From assembly GCA_964520655.1 (NCBI GenBank), contig CAZFNI010000001.1, forward strand, positions 122,283-186,282: a stretch of 64,000 nt of DNA. The letters run 5' to 3'. Below are positions 41,546 to 52,053 of the stretch, piece by piece. The notes under the pieces were generated by a model that had not been told where the DNA came from, searched no databases, and saw only the letters and a list, made by a program, of their open reading frames with translations. The translations under genes were made by a program, and so were the position numbers. Each line of letters begins with the position of its first letter. Within the stretch, counting starts at the first letter, position 1. The stretch is from an uncultured Planctomycetales bacterium (GTDB lineage: Bacteria; Omnitrophota; Gorgyraeia; Zapsychrales; Fredricksoniimonadaceae).

Positions 41546-42286
41546 TTTTGGCTGGAGATTTTCTTCTTCTTGTTTTTTCTTTAGTTCTTCCATCATGCGT
41601 TTAATGAATTCAGGGTCCTGCATGAGTTTGATGATCTTTGGGTTGGACATCAGTGCGGAATAATTTTTTTCCTGGATCTCGGCTCTGATCTTAGGGTCAG
41701 ATGTTATTTCTACAATGCGGGGATCAGAAAGAAATTCTTCCAGCGAAGGGATGTTGTGAGGGTTCGCTGCTGTTTCGGTTTGAGCTTCAGGTGCGGGGGT
41801 ATTAGATATGCGTTTAGTGTCTTTCTTCTTGTGAAAGAGGAACGAATCAATATCCTTCGATAAGCTGGACATGATCACAGATGATTTAATGGTGTTGTTA
41901 AGAGTTTTAAGTGCCGGGTGGATTGGAGGCAGGAATGTTGTCAAATAAATGACCGGTAGTAAGAATATAAGGCCCCATGCCGCGGTGATCATTGATCCAA
42001 ATGCTCGGCTGAGAACTGAAGGGGTGTTGCCGGTTTTGAAGAAACTTTTGAGCATATGGTAGAAAACAAAAGGCCCCATTAAACCGATAGCAAGGGCTAT
42101 TGGAATGTTGTGGTGCCGGGTAAAGAAATAGTAAGCGATCGCCGTGGCGAGGATCACGGCTGCTGGATCTAAAAGGGACAACCAAAGCCCTCTGATCGCG
42201 CCGCGGACAAGCAGGATAACAAATGCTCCAAGAATGAACAGATCAATGAACATGGTTGATATTATAACATTGATAGGATTATTCAA
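41543..42286 (-). CDS. CvpA-family membrane protein with a hydrophilic C-terminal extension
   Basis: N-terminal FIDLFILGAFVILLVRGAIRGL resembles the CvpA start. 4 TM helices. Confidence 0.5.
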   Translation of the reverse strand: MNNPINVIISTMFIDLFILGAFVILLVRGAIRGLWLSLLDPAAVILATAIAYYFFTRHHNIPIALAIGLMGPFVFYHMLKSFFKTGNTPSVLSRAFGSMITAAWGLIFLLPVIYLTTFLPPIHPALKTLNNTIKSSVIMSSLSKDIDSFLFHKKKDTKRISNTPAPEAQTETAANPHNIPSLEEFLSDPRIVEITSDPKIRAEIQEKNYSALMSNPKIIKLMQDPEFIKRMMEELKKKQEEENLQPK

Positions 42287-42422
42287 AGAGGGAGTTTAAT
42301 AAATCTGTACTGGTGCTTTAGGATGAATAATAATTATTTTCAACCATCAGTGAAATAAGATGTGTTAAAATTAATCAAATTAAATTTCATTAAGAATTTA
42401 GCCGTTTGATAAGGAGAGTTAC

Positions 42423-42707
42423 ATGATTCTAAAATTAAACAAGATCACTCCTAAACCGTTTGTTCTGCTATCAACGATCATTTATTCGGTGGCGGGGCTT
42501 TTTCTGGGGTTGTTCTTTGCTATCGCTTCTGTCGCTGCTCCTCCTGAGCAAGAAGGTGTGAATCTTGGTTTTTGGTCGATCTTGATATTTCCGATCATCA
42601 ATGCCCTCATTGGTGCATTCTCCTCATGGATGATGTGTTTATTATACAATATTCTTTCTGGTTCCCTGGGCGGATTGGAATTTGAATTCGAAGAGATGCA
42701 AAAATAA
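42423..42707 (+). CDS. small hypothetical membrane protein
   Basis: 94 aa with 2-3 TM segments. Confidence 0.35.
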   Translation: MILKLNKITPKPFVLLSTIIYSVAGLFLGLFFAIASVAAPPEQEGVNLGFWSILIFPIINALIGAFSSWMMCLLYNILSGSLGGLEFEFEEMQK

Positions 42708-42715
42708 CCGCGTCT

Positions 42716-43045
42716 ATGCTTACTGTTGTCCTTTTGGTCTTGTCCAATGTTTTTATGACGATCGCCTGGTATGGGCATTTGAGATACAAAAGTAGCCCGT
42801 TATGGATCGTCATCCTTATCAGCTGGGGCATTGCGTTCTTCGAATATTGTCTTCAAGTCCCCGCCAACCGTTTTGGCCACGGGCAATTCTCCGCTGCACA
42901 GCTTAAAACTATTCAAGAAGTCATCACCCTGGTCGTTTTTAGCGTATTCTCCATTGTTTATTTAAAAGAACCTCTAAAATGGAATTATCTTGTCGGCTTT
43001 GCTTTAATGGTACTAGCGGTCTTCTTTATCTTTAAAAAATTCTAG
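42716..43045 (+). CDS. small DMT-superfamily-like membrane protein (DUF486-like)
   Basis: 109 aa with 4 TM helices and a conserved aromatic pattern. Confidence 0.5.
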   Translation: MLTVVLLVLSNVFMTIAWYGHLRYKSSPLWIVILISWGIAFFEYCLQVPANRFGHGQFSAAQLKTIQEVITLVVFSVFSIVYLKEPLKWNYLVGFALMVLAVFFIFKKF

Positions 43046-43053
43046 GTGGTTCG

Positions 43054-43590
43054 ATGATGCGTTGGTTTCTGTGTATCATATGTTTATTGTTGGTCGGCCA
43101 AGTTTTGGCCCAGGGAGAGTCTATGGACGCTATTTCGCAGGGCAAGGTTAAGGTCTTTGACGCGGTCAAACGCGCCTATGTGATCGTTGATAAAGTGGTC
43201 AAGACTGATGAAGAATGGAAAAAGATCTTAACGCCAAAACAATACGAGATCCTGCGTGAACATGGGACGGAGGCGGCGTTCTGTGGCTTGCCGGTAAAGG
43301 GGCATAAAAAGGGCATCTATCAATGTGCCGGCTGCGGCAATCACCTATTCCAGGTAACCGAAAAATTTGAATCAGGTACCGGTTGGCCTTCTTTTTGGCA
43401 GCCGGTGAATGAATCTAATGTGGGGACAACCGTGGATAATAGTTACGGCATGCAGCGCGTGGAGGTGCATTGTGCTCGCTGTGGCGGCCATTTGGGCCAT
43501 GTTTTTGACGACGGCCCGCCGCCGACGCATAAACGATATTGTATTAACTCGTATGCGTTGAAATTCATTGAGGATGGACATGAACAATAA
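43054..43590 (+). CDS. msrB: peptide-methionine (R)-S-oxide reductase MsrB with N-terminal signal peptide
   Basis: Zn-binding CxxC pairs ([21 protein letters not shown]). Catalytic RYCINS. Signal peptide [21 protein letters not shown]. Confidence 0.85.
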   Translation: MMRWFLCIICLLLVGQVLAQGESMDAISQGKVKVFDAVKRAYVIVDKVVKTDEEWKKILTPKQYEILREHGTEAAFCGLPVKGHKKGIYQCAGCGNHLFQVTEKFESGTGWPSFWQPVNESNVGTTVDNSYGMQRVEVHCARCGGHLGHVFDDGPPPTHKRYCINSYALKFIEDGHEQ

Positions 43591-44338
43591 AAATCTATTC
43601 TTTGGGATCGCGGTATTATTGATGTGGTCAGTCTCGGGTTATGCTGCTGATTCCGACAAGGTCTCTGCTAAAAAAGGTTTCGCGCTGGTTGAATTGTTCG
43701 CGTCTGAAGGTTGTGGTAGCTGTCCGGCGGCGGATGCTCTCTTAACCAAGATCCTTAAAAAAGCTTCCAAAGAACATCTGCCTATTTATGCGTTAAGTTT
43801 TCATGTGGATTACTGGAATTATCTGGGTTGGAAAGACCGCTTTAGTTCACCCATTTATACTGAACGTCAGGGGCAGTATGTCTATGTGTTGAAAGCCAAG
43901 AATTCTTATACGCCGCAAATGGTCATCAACGGACAAAAGGAATGCGTCGGTTCTGATGAGAAAATGGTGTGGGGGTATATCAATGGATTCTTGGCTCAAC
44001 CGTTCTCGGTTAATGTCAAGCTTGATCTGACTCATGAGGGGATAAGCAAAGTTAAGGTTCGTTATCATGTTGATCCAGTTGTAGAGGGTGCCTCGATCAA
44101 CTTGGCGCTGGTTGAACGCGATGTCAAAAGTCATCCCAATGCCGGTGAGAATGACGGGCAGCTGCTGGAACAGGATAATGTTGTGGTGAACTTTCAGACC
44201 ATTGCGTTGGCTCAACCTCAAGGGGAAGTGTCCTTTGACTTGCCTTCCGGCATTGATCCTTACAAATTCTCTGTGATCGCGTTTGTTCAAAAAATGGATG
44301 ACCTGAAAATTCTGACTGCCAATAGTGTGGACATATAA
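43568..44338 (+). CDS. exported DUF1223-family thioredoxin-like protein (CxxC)
   Basis: Signal peptide. [17 protein letters not shown] is typical of DUF1223. Confidence 0.55.
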   Translation: MRMDMNNKNLFFGIAVLLMWSVSGYAADSDKVSAKKGFALVELFASEGCGSCPAADALLTKILKKASKEHLPIYALSFHVDYWNYLGWKDRFSSPIYTERQGQYVYVLKAKNSYTPQMVINGQKECVGSDEKMVWGYINGFLAQPFSVNVKLDLTHEGISKVKVRYHVDPVVEGASINLALVERDVKSHPNAGENDGQLLEQDNVVVNFQTIALAQPQGEVSFDLPSGIDPYKFSVIAFVQKMDDLKILTANSVDI

Positions 44339-45956
44339 AATGAAAATACTGATCCGTATTGCTGTTGTACTCTTGGGTATAGGGTTTATCCTTATCCCGC
44401 TGGCGCTTTATGTGTTAATCCCAATGCAGGGCTCGAAAATTTTAAAGACACCTGTTAAAGTCCGTTCGGTGTACTTTAATCCTCTGACGCTGGATCTAAA
44501 GATCAACGGGCTTGCCATCCTGGACTCAAAACAACAGCCAGTTGTTGGGTTTCGTCAATTGGATGTGGATGTGAGTTTGTTTGATTTAGTGAAAGGTAAA
44601 TATCGTGTCCAGAAAGTAGCTCTGGATGGGTTTAATCTCGCGGTGGTCATGCTCCCTGACGGGCATATTAATTTGCTGGATATCGTCAACAATGCCATGG
44701 CAACGCAGACTACGCAGGCAAAGCAAACAAAAAAGCCTGCTGCCGCGCCCGCACCATCAAGCGGCAAGCCGCAAGACATTCCTTTGGTCGTTGTGGATAA
44801 GATCATTGTTTCTGACGGGATGGTGACGTTCAAGGATCAAAGCATAACACCAAATTTTGCCACAAAACTTCACGGCATCAATGTCAACCTTAATGGTCTC
44901 TCAACGGATCCCACGGCCACGGCACACGTAGTTTTTAAGGCCAGACTGGATGAGAAGGGGGTTATTACTAACGAAGCTAGTATCAAGCCGTTGGCTGTGC
45001 CATTGTCGCTTGAAACTACCTTTGGTTTGAATTCGTACGCGTTGACCGTATTGTCCCCCTATGTCGGCAAGTACACTGGACGTGCGTTACAAGATGGAGG
45101 TTTTGATCTGCAGATGACCTATCGGATCAGCGACAATAAGCTTGCCGCCAGTCATAAGATATTGATCCAGCATTTCAAATTTGGGGAGAAAGTGGAGAGT
45201 AAAGACGCGCTGCATTTACCGTTTGGGCTGGCGATCGCGCTTTTGGAAGATCCTCAAGGAAAGATAAAGATCTCATTGCCGGTCAAGGGGGACATGAGTG
45301 ATCCAAAATTCGAATATTGGCATTTGGTGGGTCAGGTGGTGTCCAATTTCTTTACCAAACTTGTCACCAAGCCGTTCATGTTCTTAGCATCGTTAGTCAC
45401 GGGATCTGAGGAAAGTACGGATGAGTTGGCCAGCGTCAAGTTTACGCCGGGTCAGTTCGAGTTGACGATTCCCGAACAGGAGAAATTAAAAGTATTGTCG
45501 AAAAGCTTAATGGAACGCCCTAAGCTGCGCTTAAAGATCAATGGAAGTTTTGATCCTGATCTGGACTGGAAAGCCATTAAAGCGGAAATGTTCCATAAGG
45601 ATTATACGCAGCTGCGAGAAGATTCCAAAAGAGCCGACACGATGATCTATCGTCAGCTGTATCAGCGTCGTTTCGGTATCCGTGCTCTGTGGCAGTTGGC
45701 CAGGAAATATAAAAAGGCGATCGGGGAATATAATGACCAGGATTTTGATCAGGAAATGAAAAAGCAGCTGATCGAGAATGCGCCTGCGGATAAAGGGGCC
45801 TTGGATGTCCTTGGGGCGGGCCGTGCTCAGGTGGTCTTTAATTATCTTCAAAGCCAGGGTTTTGATCCTTCAAGGTTGGAAATGGGCCAAAGTCAACCGG
45901 TGATGGGAAGCATGGGGTTTGTGCCTTTAGAGTTCACTCTTACCGTTATCGAATAA
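44325..45956 (+). CDS. DUF748/AsmA-like protein with N-terminal TM anchor and a truncated OmpA-like C-terminus
   Basis: N-terminal TM helix. The C-terminal GAGRAQVVFNYLQSQGFDPSRLEMGQSQPV resembles the OmpA C-terminal motif. Confidence 0.5.
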   Translation: MWTYKMKILIRIAVVLLGIGFILIPLALYVLIPMQGSKILKTPVKVRSVYFNPLTLDLKINGLAILDSKQQPVVGFRQLDVDVSLFDLVKGKYRVQKVALDGFNLAVVMLPDGHINLLDIVNNAMATQTTQAKQTKKPAAAPAPSSGKPQDIPLVVVDKIIVSDGMVTFKDQSITPNFATKLHGINVNLNGLSTDPTATAHVVFKARLDEKGVITNEASIKPLAVPLSLETTFGLNSYALTVLSPYVGKYTGRALQDGGFDLQMTYRISDNKLAASHKILIQHFKFGEKVESKDALHLPFGLAIALLEDPQGKIKISLPVKGDMSDPKFEYWHLVGQVVSNFFTKLVTKPFMFLASLVTGSEESTDELASVKFTPGQFELTIPEQEKLKVLSKSLMERPKLRLKINGSFDPDLDWKAIKAEMFHKDYTQLREDSKRADTMIYRQLYQRRFGIRALWQLARKYKKAIGEYNDQDFDQEMKKQLIENAPADKGALDVLGAGRAQVVFNYLQSQGFDPSRLEMGQSQPVMGSMGFVPLEFTLTVIE

Positions 45957-46160
45957 TAAAAACGCAAGTTATTCCATATCAATAGTTTGCAGAATTACCC
46001 ATTGCTTGCAATCCTGCCTTTTATAGTGCATACTTTTTAGTAGAAGAAGCGTTTTCTTTAAAGTTTTCAAATAACAGCAATTTCTTTCTGGCAACTGGGA
46101 AAAGCTGATAAGGGATTTATCTTTTCAAGAGATATTCAATATGGTAAGATAAAGGCATCA

Positions 46161-47513
46161 ATGGCTGGTATTCTATTATTTTTATCCATTATTCTTATCC
46201 CGTCATTATCTTTTGCCGCTATCAGTTTGAATGTCACACCAGCGGACGGCAGCAGCAGCTTGAAACTTGAGCAAGCGTACCTGGGGTTGGACAACAAAAA
46301 AGACGTTCGTATCCGTGTCACAGCAACGGATGGTAAAAGGTATCAAGTTTTTGCGCGAGTTCTCGATCCTATAGTAAATGAAAAAGGCGAAAGCCTCGAT
46401 GTGCGATCCGTTTCTTTGGCAACGATGGCGAGTTCCAATACGTCAGGGACGCTTTATCTCCAGAATGAGAACCCATTGAGCATGGGGGAGCAGTTGATCT
46501 ACAGCTCTGGACAGAATGGGGAAAGCGACTCGTTTACCATCACGTATGCGTTATCGCCGCAAAATATCAGCAGCGGCGGCAATTATTCCGGCCGTCTGGT
46601 ATTTACAGCCAGGTCTTCTGATGGCGCGGACAGTCAGGCAATGCTGGTGATAAATATCCAGTCATTAAGTCATTGGAAGGCTTCGGTGGTTGGCGGTAAG
46701 ACATCAGACCGTATCATGGTCAATGATAGGGATGTGACGGAAAGAACAGCGGATTTTGTGAAGATCACTTTCTTTGGCAACGGCGGTCAGGATGTACGTA
46801 TATACCAGGAAGCGTCCGTTATACCGCAGAATGCCGAAGGGGCGGATCTGGGGCCGGACGGTTTGGTGTTCTACGCCGCGGGGCAAGGGGATGGGATCAA
46901 GGCGCAGAATGTTTCAGTATTAAGCCCAAATCGTACCTTGGTTTACCAAGGGCATGAGCCTCAAGCGGAGATGCTTTTGTATTATCAGTTGAATCCGGCG
47001 GTATTATCCCGACAAGTGCCAGGGATGTACGCGGGTAGATTAAAGTTTACGGTAGAATCGGAACAAGGAACGCAGGATTTTAATATTGATGTGCAGTGTC
47101 AGATTCAACCGGTATTCACACTCGATGTTTCCGTACCAGGCAGCGGGATCAGTTTTGATAATGTGATCGCCAATAATCCGGCTCAAGAGAGGGAAGTAAC
47201 GATCACGGTACACACCAATTTACACAAAGCGTACCAGGTCAGTCAGAATTTTCAGTCGTTGATGACCAATGAGAAAGGTCATCAGATCAGTAAAGAATAT
47301 TTCACTGTAAAAGTGGAATTGCCCCAGGGGGGCAGCGGCAGAACGAAATATCAGGATTTTCTGCCGGTAGAAACAGGAGAATACCCGATATTTGCATCAA
47401 ACAGTAAAGGTGATCCCGTAGTGTTCAAGGTTACCTATAAACTGCAAGGATATCAGGGGATGAGCGCGGGAAATTTTAATGCGCCTATCCAGTATTCTTT
47501 AAACCAAAACTAA
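46161..47513 (+). CDS. exported tandem SCPU (spore coat protein U / Csu-type) domain protein; putative pilus tip or minor subunit
   Basis: Signal peptide. Repeated C-terminal SCPU-like motifs GNYSGRLVFTA, GMYAGRLKFTVESE and SAGNFNAPIQYSL. Confidence 0.5.
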   Translation: MAGILLFLSIILIPSLSFAAISLNVTPADGSSSLKLEQAYLGLDNKKDVRIRVTATDGKRYQVFARVLDPIVNEKGESLDVRSVSLATMASSNTSGTLYLQNENPLSMGEQLIYSSGQNGESDSFTITYALSPQNISSGGNYSGRLVFTARSSDGADSQAMLVINIQSLSHWKASVVGGKTSDRIMVNDRDVTERTADFVKITFFGNGGQDVRIYQEASVIPQNAEGADLGPDGLVFYAAGQGDGIKAQNVSVLSPNRTLVYQGHEPQAEMLLYYQLNPAVLSRQVPGMYAGRLKFTVESEQGTQDFNIDVQCQIQPVFTLDVSVPGSGISFDNVIANNPAQEREVTITVHTNLHKAYQVSQNFQSLMTNEKGHQISKEYFTVKVELPQGGSGRTKYQDFLPVETGEYPIFASNSKGDPVVFKVTYKLQGYQGMSAGNFNAPIQYSLNQN

Positions 47514-47536
47514 CAAAATAACAAAGGGGGAGAGTA

Positions 47537-48145
47537 ATGAAGAGAGTCATCGGTTTATTTGTAGCAGGGGTTGTTTTACTGGCCCAGTCCGGTTATGCGG
47601 CAACAGTGTCATACACTGTGTCAGCGACCGTGCCAACGTCATCGGCTGTTTCGATTAACGCGTTTAGCGTTAACTCAACCAGTGGTGTTAGAACAGCGAT
47701 CACGGGGACAGCATTAAGTTTTGATCCGCTAATCTACCAGCCTTCATTAGGTATCTATTTACCGGATCATTATTTCGTCGTTGAATCAGGTTTGACTTCA
47801 GGTGCCGGCAACCAGGACATCACGGTTGTTTACACGGAAGGTACGAATCCAAACAATCCGGGTCATGGTTTAGGTTGGAAATCAGTGGCGACATTCAACA
47901 AGGTCACTGGTCCCACAACGGAAGTCACGTTGTCTGCCCATGGTAAGAAAATGCTCAAAGATCTGACCGCTGAACATATCACCGCGGCGGAGATCGGTAC
48001 GAACTTGTTGAGAATGTACGTGGGCGTTGTTACCAAAGATCCGGCCGCAGTTCCGTTGGATCCGGCAGCAAGCGAAGTTATCAGCAACGCGGATCGCCAA
48101 GGCGCCTATAACGGCACATTGGTTGTCACCGCGACAGTTGTCTAA
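47537..48145 (+). CDS. exported SCPU-domain pilin-like subunit (archaic chaperone-usher type)
   Basis: Signal peptide MKRVIGLFVAGVVLLAQSGYA. C-terminal GAYNGTLVVTATVV, the SCPU C-terminal motif. 202 aa. Confidence 0.5.
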   Translation: MKRVIGLFVAGVVLLAQSGYAATVSYTVSATVPTSSAVSINAFSVNSTSGVRTAITGTALSFDPLIYQPSLGIYLPDHYFVVESGLTSGAGNQDITVVYTEGTNPNNPGHGLGWKSVATFNKVTGPTTEVTLSAHGKKMLKDLTAEHITAAEIGTNLLRMYVGVVTKDPAAVPLDPAASEVISNADRQGAYNGTLVVTATVV

Positions 48146-48172
48146 GGAAATACGTAACATAAGGCAGATGCA

Positions 48173-48973
48173 TTGAATAAAACAGTTATTTTCTTAGTTT
48201 TGGTGTTGGCATGCTTTTCCGGTAAGACGGCAATGGCGCAGCTTTTTCTCGAAGAGGGGAAGATCGTCACAGCTGTCGAACCGGGAGAGCGTGTCAACAA
48301 ATCGATTTATATTTCCAATACTTCTGACAAGCCGATCAATGTCAGGGCGTATTGGCAGGACTTTATGTATCAGCCGCCCTATGACGGGGTTAAAGCGTTT
48401 GTGCCTGAGGGTACGACCAAATTATCCGCATCCAAGATGATGACGTTCTCCCCGTTGGTTTTCCAATTGCCTGCCTTCGGCAAGCAAAAGATAGAGTATT
48501 CTGTGAATGTGCCTTCAACCGCCAGGGGCGGCTATTATGGGGTTTTATTCTTTGAAAAAGCACCAGATCCTCTGCAGGCCAAGACGGGTTTAAGCATTGT
48601 CACCAGGGTCGGTGCTTTATTTTTCCTGGAAACTAAGAACAAGTCCAAGAAATCTGAAGTGGCGGATGTTGTTGTCGCTACAGATAAAATAACCGGTGTT
48701 TTCAAAAACCAGGGGGATGTGATCTTGATCCCCCGCATGACTTACAACGTTTTCGATAAGGAGGGATTGGTCGCCGACCGCGGTGAATTAAAGAAAATAT
48801 ATGTTCCCCCCGGCGCCTCCGCGAATTGGGAAATGGTCCTGCCTAAATTAAGCGCAGGAAAATTCTCTGTAGTACTAAACACGGATTTAGATGATGGGGA
48901 CGTGATCGTCACTGAGATCAGCATTGATGTGGATACCGCAGGTCATCTGAAGATTGAAAACGTCAAGAATTGA
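48173..48973 (+). CDS. periplasmic pilus chaperone-like protein (PapD/CsuC-like fold)
   Basis: Signal peptide. N-terminal beta-rich pattern KSIYISNTSDKPINVRAYWQ...PLVFQLPAFGKQKI resembles the PapD-like domain 1. Confidence 0.4.
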   Translation: MNKTVIFLVLVLACFSGKTAMAQLFLEEGKIVTAVEPGERVNKSIYISNTSDKPINVRAYWQDFMYQPPYDGVKAFVPEGTTKLSASKMMTFSPLVFQLPAFGKQKIEYSVNVPSTARGGYYGVLFFEKAPDPLQAKTGLSIVTRVGALFFLETKNKSKKSEVADVVVATDKITGVFKNQGDVILIPRMTYNVFDKEGLVADRGELKKIYVPPGASANWEMVLPKLSAGKFSVVLNTDLDDGDVIVTEISIDVDTAGHLKIENVKN

Positions 48974-51660
48974 AGAAGTCCTTCCAGCTGTTCTTCCTAA
49001 TTTTTTTCTGTTGTTCTTGTGCTAATCTCTCCTGGGCTGAGTCGTATACGCCTCAGTCTCAGACATACCATGATGCTTATGTCTATTTTTTAAAGAAAGC
49101 CAGGGCGGCAACTGACCCTTTGAAGATCCTTAGATACGGAAAATTAGCGCGTTTGTACGCAGCTTCTTCGTCTGAAATTGATGCCGCTGAGGCGCTATTA
49201 AAGCAGCAAAATACTCCCGTGTCACCGGTCACCTCTGCTGTGATCGTTGAACAGCCGGCAGCGAAAACGACTATTTCCAGTGGAATAAAAGCGCCATTAA
49301 CAGTGGAAAGTCAGCCGGTACGTTTGAAAGATATTTCTGATAAGCAGACCATAGAGATCCCATTTGGCCATAGTATTATCATTGAGCGGCAGGGGGTAAA
49401 GCGGTTCTTAGTCATCGATGAGGGGATCGTTGAGGTTAAACTTATCGAGCATGCTCAGGTGAAGATCACCGCTGTGAAGCGCGGCAGTACCTTTGTGCAT
49501 ATCTGGGATGAGAGCGGCCGCACCACCATTTACATCAAAACAAATTTTTTGCAGCAACCCTCTGAGACCCAGCAGAACCTAGCCCCTGTTTTAGTGGAAC
49601 ATAATCAGCCGTTTAAGTTCACCTATTCATCAGATTGGAGTGCTTATTATCAAGGCACTAAGCTGCCGCATTTAAGACGTCAGAATTTAAGTTTCTTACA
49701 GAATCTATCCATGGACGGGCCGACGCCTTATGGTGAGGTGGATTCATATGTGACATTTAAGGGGTTTGATAATCATCGCGATATTCAAAGCTATACACTG
49801 GGGGTTAGCCGTATTCCTGTGAAAGGGACAGATAATCTTAATCTGCGGCTGTTTGATGCTGCGCGGCATTTGTCTCCTTTAACACTGGCTGGAGCTCATT
49901 TACGGGGTTTATTCGCGGATGTGGATGTTCTGGATAAGAGTTTGCGCTTTTCTTATAGTCATGGGCAGGTGCGTCCTGCTTTTGGGTTTTTGGGATTTGG
50001 GACTTCTAATAAGATACATTCCTATGTGGATGCCGCAAAAGTAACATTGCTCCCTCACATGAAGAATGGGCAGTATTCGATCAATGTGGCAACAGGTTAT
50101 GGGGCGGATAGGGATCCGAGCGCCTCCAAGAGAGCATATTCTATTGAAGCCGAACAAAAGGTGGATAAAGTCACGCTAAATGGGGAGCTAGCTCGTAATG
50201 ATGATAAGCGCTCCGCGGTGACATCTGGGTTGCGGTATGATAATAACGGCTTTAGCACCAAATTAAATATGCGCGATATCAATAAGGATTATGCGACGGT
50301 CTTGAATCCGGCATCGGCTCAAGGGGAGATCGGGGCGGCCTGGTCGACAAATATCTATAATGAGAAGTTCGACGCGCAAACATTGATCGACGTGTACCGT
50401 AACCGGCTGTATTTTAATCCTAATGACCCAGAGGCTTTGAATATTGACTCCAGCGGCCATTTACATATGCCGATTAATTCTAAGATGTCGTCAGATGCGG
50501 GATTGTTCTACACGCATACGCCGGGAGAATTATCACCCCGGATGAATTTTGGCATAGACGATCGTTTATCTATTTCTATAGACACCTGGAACAAACGGCA
50601 TGGAACGGTTTATGTTGGCGGGGCGTATCAACGCAGCCGCTATTCCAATTCACCAGCGTCCGCCTTTGACCGGTTGACAGCGATCGTCGGCGCCTCTATG
50701 CCCCTGACAGAGAGATTATCCATTCATAGTAAATATGAATTTTCCTGGGTGGATGAACCGTTTACAGGAAATGGGTATAACCCGGCGGTATTTAATGCGG
50801 GGCTTAATTATTATCATCAACTGACGACGCGCCTGCGCGGTACCTGGGACATGAATTACCGCAGGGAACAGGGAGTTGGGGGGAGTAATAGTTTTCTCGC
50901 TGGTGAAGATAGCTTGGATGGGAGCATGGGCTTATCGTATAGCCCAGCAACAGATGTGAATATTTTTGCCGATTCGCGATTACGCCGTGTATGGCCTAAA
51001 TCGACTGATATAGCGGCCTACTATGCGTTGGATGTCCGGTTTGGATTGCGAATGATGTTTGGCGGAAAGGTGTATTTTGATCCGCAAGGCACCGTGCGCG
51101 GCAGCGTATTCGATGATGTGAATATGAACGGTGTCAGGGAACAGGGCGAGGCGGGTCTGCCGCATGTGAAGGTGAAGGTGGGCGACAAAGAAGTGACAAC
51201 AGATGAAAAGGGCTATTTTAGGAAGCCTTATCGTGCCAAAGCGGTGGTGGTGTCTCCTCAGGCGGATAGTATCCCGGCAGGGTATGTCTTATCGACTAAA
51301 GAATCATTGCGTGTGCCGATCGTTTTGGGTAGTGACTCTGAAGTCAATTTCGGATATAGTTCGCATTCATCCGTGTATGGTATTGTGTATGTGGATAAGA
51401 ATGCCAATGGCCAGCCGGATATGGGGGATCAATTCATTTCTAAAGTCAAGGTGACGCTGGATGGTCAGGATCAATACACAGATAATAACGGTGCGTATTA
51501 TTTCCGCAATGTGGCTGTTGGACGGCACCATGTGGCATTAGATCTGAATACGGTTTCTATCGAATTTGTGCCTGTGAAGAAAGTGAAAGATGATTTTGAG
51601 GTTGGCCGCGGTGCTTCCTATGTGATGCATTTCCCCATGAGGATCAAGGAACAACAATAG
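48970..51660 (+). CDS. large exported usher-like / outer-membrane protein: CpaC-type N-terminal domain, central beta-rich region, two C-terminal SdrD-B/Cna-B-like repeats
   Basis: Signal peptide. VIDEGIVEVKLIEHAQVKITAVKRGSTFVHIWDESG matches the pilus-formation N-terminal domain pattern. Central region is rich in alternating aromatic/small residues. C-terminal repeats VFDDVNMNGVREQGEAG...KGYF and YVDKNANGQPDMGD...GAYYF. Confidence 0.4.
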   Translation: MKKSFQLFFLIFFCCSCANLSWAESYTPQSQTYHDAYVYFLKKARAATDPLKILRYGKLARLYAASSSEIDAAEALLKQQNTPVSPVTSAVIVEQPAAKTTISSGIKAPLTVESQPVRLKDISDKQTIEIPFGHSIIIERQGVKRFLVIDEGIVEVKLIEHAQVKITAVKRGSTFVHIWDESGRTTIYIKTNFLQQPSETQQNLAPVLVEHNQPFKFTYSSDWSAYYQGTKLPHLRRQNLSFLQNLSMDGPTPYGEVDSYVTFKGFDNHRDIQSYTLGVSRIPVKGTDNLNLRLFDAARHLSPLTLAGAHLRGLFADVDVLDKSLRFSYSHGQVRPAFGFLGFGTSNKIHSYVDAAKVTLLPHMKNGQYSINVATGYGADRDPSASKRAYSIEAEQKVDKVTLNGELARNDDKRSAVTSGLRYDNNGFSTKLNMRDINKDYATVLNPASAQGEIGAAWSTNIYNEKFDAQTLIDVYRNRLYFNPNDPEALNIDSSGHLHMPINSKMSSDAGLFYTHTPGELSPRMNFGIDDRLSISIDTWNKRHGTVYVGGAYQRSRYSNSPASAFDRLTAIVGASMPLTERLSIHSKYEFSWVDEPFTGNGYNPAVFNAGLNYYHQLTTRLRGTWDMNYRREQGVGGSNSFLAGEDSLDGSMGLSYSPATDVNIFADSRLRRVWPKSTDIAAYYALDVRFGLRMMFGGKVYFDPQGTVRGSVFDDVNMNGVREQGEAGLPHVKVKVGDKEVTTDEKGYFRKPYRAKAVVVSPQADSIPAGYVLSTKESLRVPIVLGSDSEVNFGYSSHSSVYGIVYVDKNANGQPDMGDQFISKVKVTLDGQDQYTDNNGAYYFRNVAVGRHHVALDLNTVSIEFVPVKKVKDDFEVGRGASYVMHFPMRIKEQQ

Positions 51661-51886
51661 ACTGGATCTTAACGAGTTGGCCCATGCGAACCTCATGCTG
51701 GGCTGAGGTGATCTGTTCTTTTGAGGCTGCTGCAGGTTTGGCTTCCTCCATAACGTGGGGAGGAATGGTTAAACTGACAACGTAAGATTTTGTTTCGCTT
51801 TGAGCGGCAATAGAATTTGAGGCTGATATCAGAAGGGTGAGGATTAAGATGCTAAGACGACTTGCGTGGTGCATTGCGCTCTCCAT
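51644..51886 (-). CDS. small hypothetical exported protein
   Basis: 80 aa with a hydrophobic N-terminal segment. Weak support. Confidence 0.25.
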   Translation of the reverse strand: MESAMHHASRLSILILTLLISASNSIAAQSETKSYVVSLTIPPHVMEEAKPAAASKEQITSAQHEVRMGQLVKIQSIVVP

Positions 51887-52053
51887 GGTGGCCAGACAAC
51901 CCTGGTCCTTTCGGACTTTAGGTTCACGGCTTTGCGTCCCTGGATTTCTCCAAGTTTGCCTTTTTCAGTAAAGAACGATATTTTGATACAATAAGAATAT
52001 AGCATGTGTATAATAGATGTGCAAATATATAATATATTGATAATAAAGGACTT

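Noticed and set aside
45990-46010. Possible sigma54 (-24/-12) promoter upstream of the pilus-like cluster (TGGCAACTGGGAAAAGCTG)
   Set aside because: GG-GC spacing is 12 nt rather than the canonical 10 and the -12 element is not TTGC. Not convincing.
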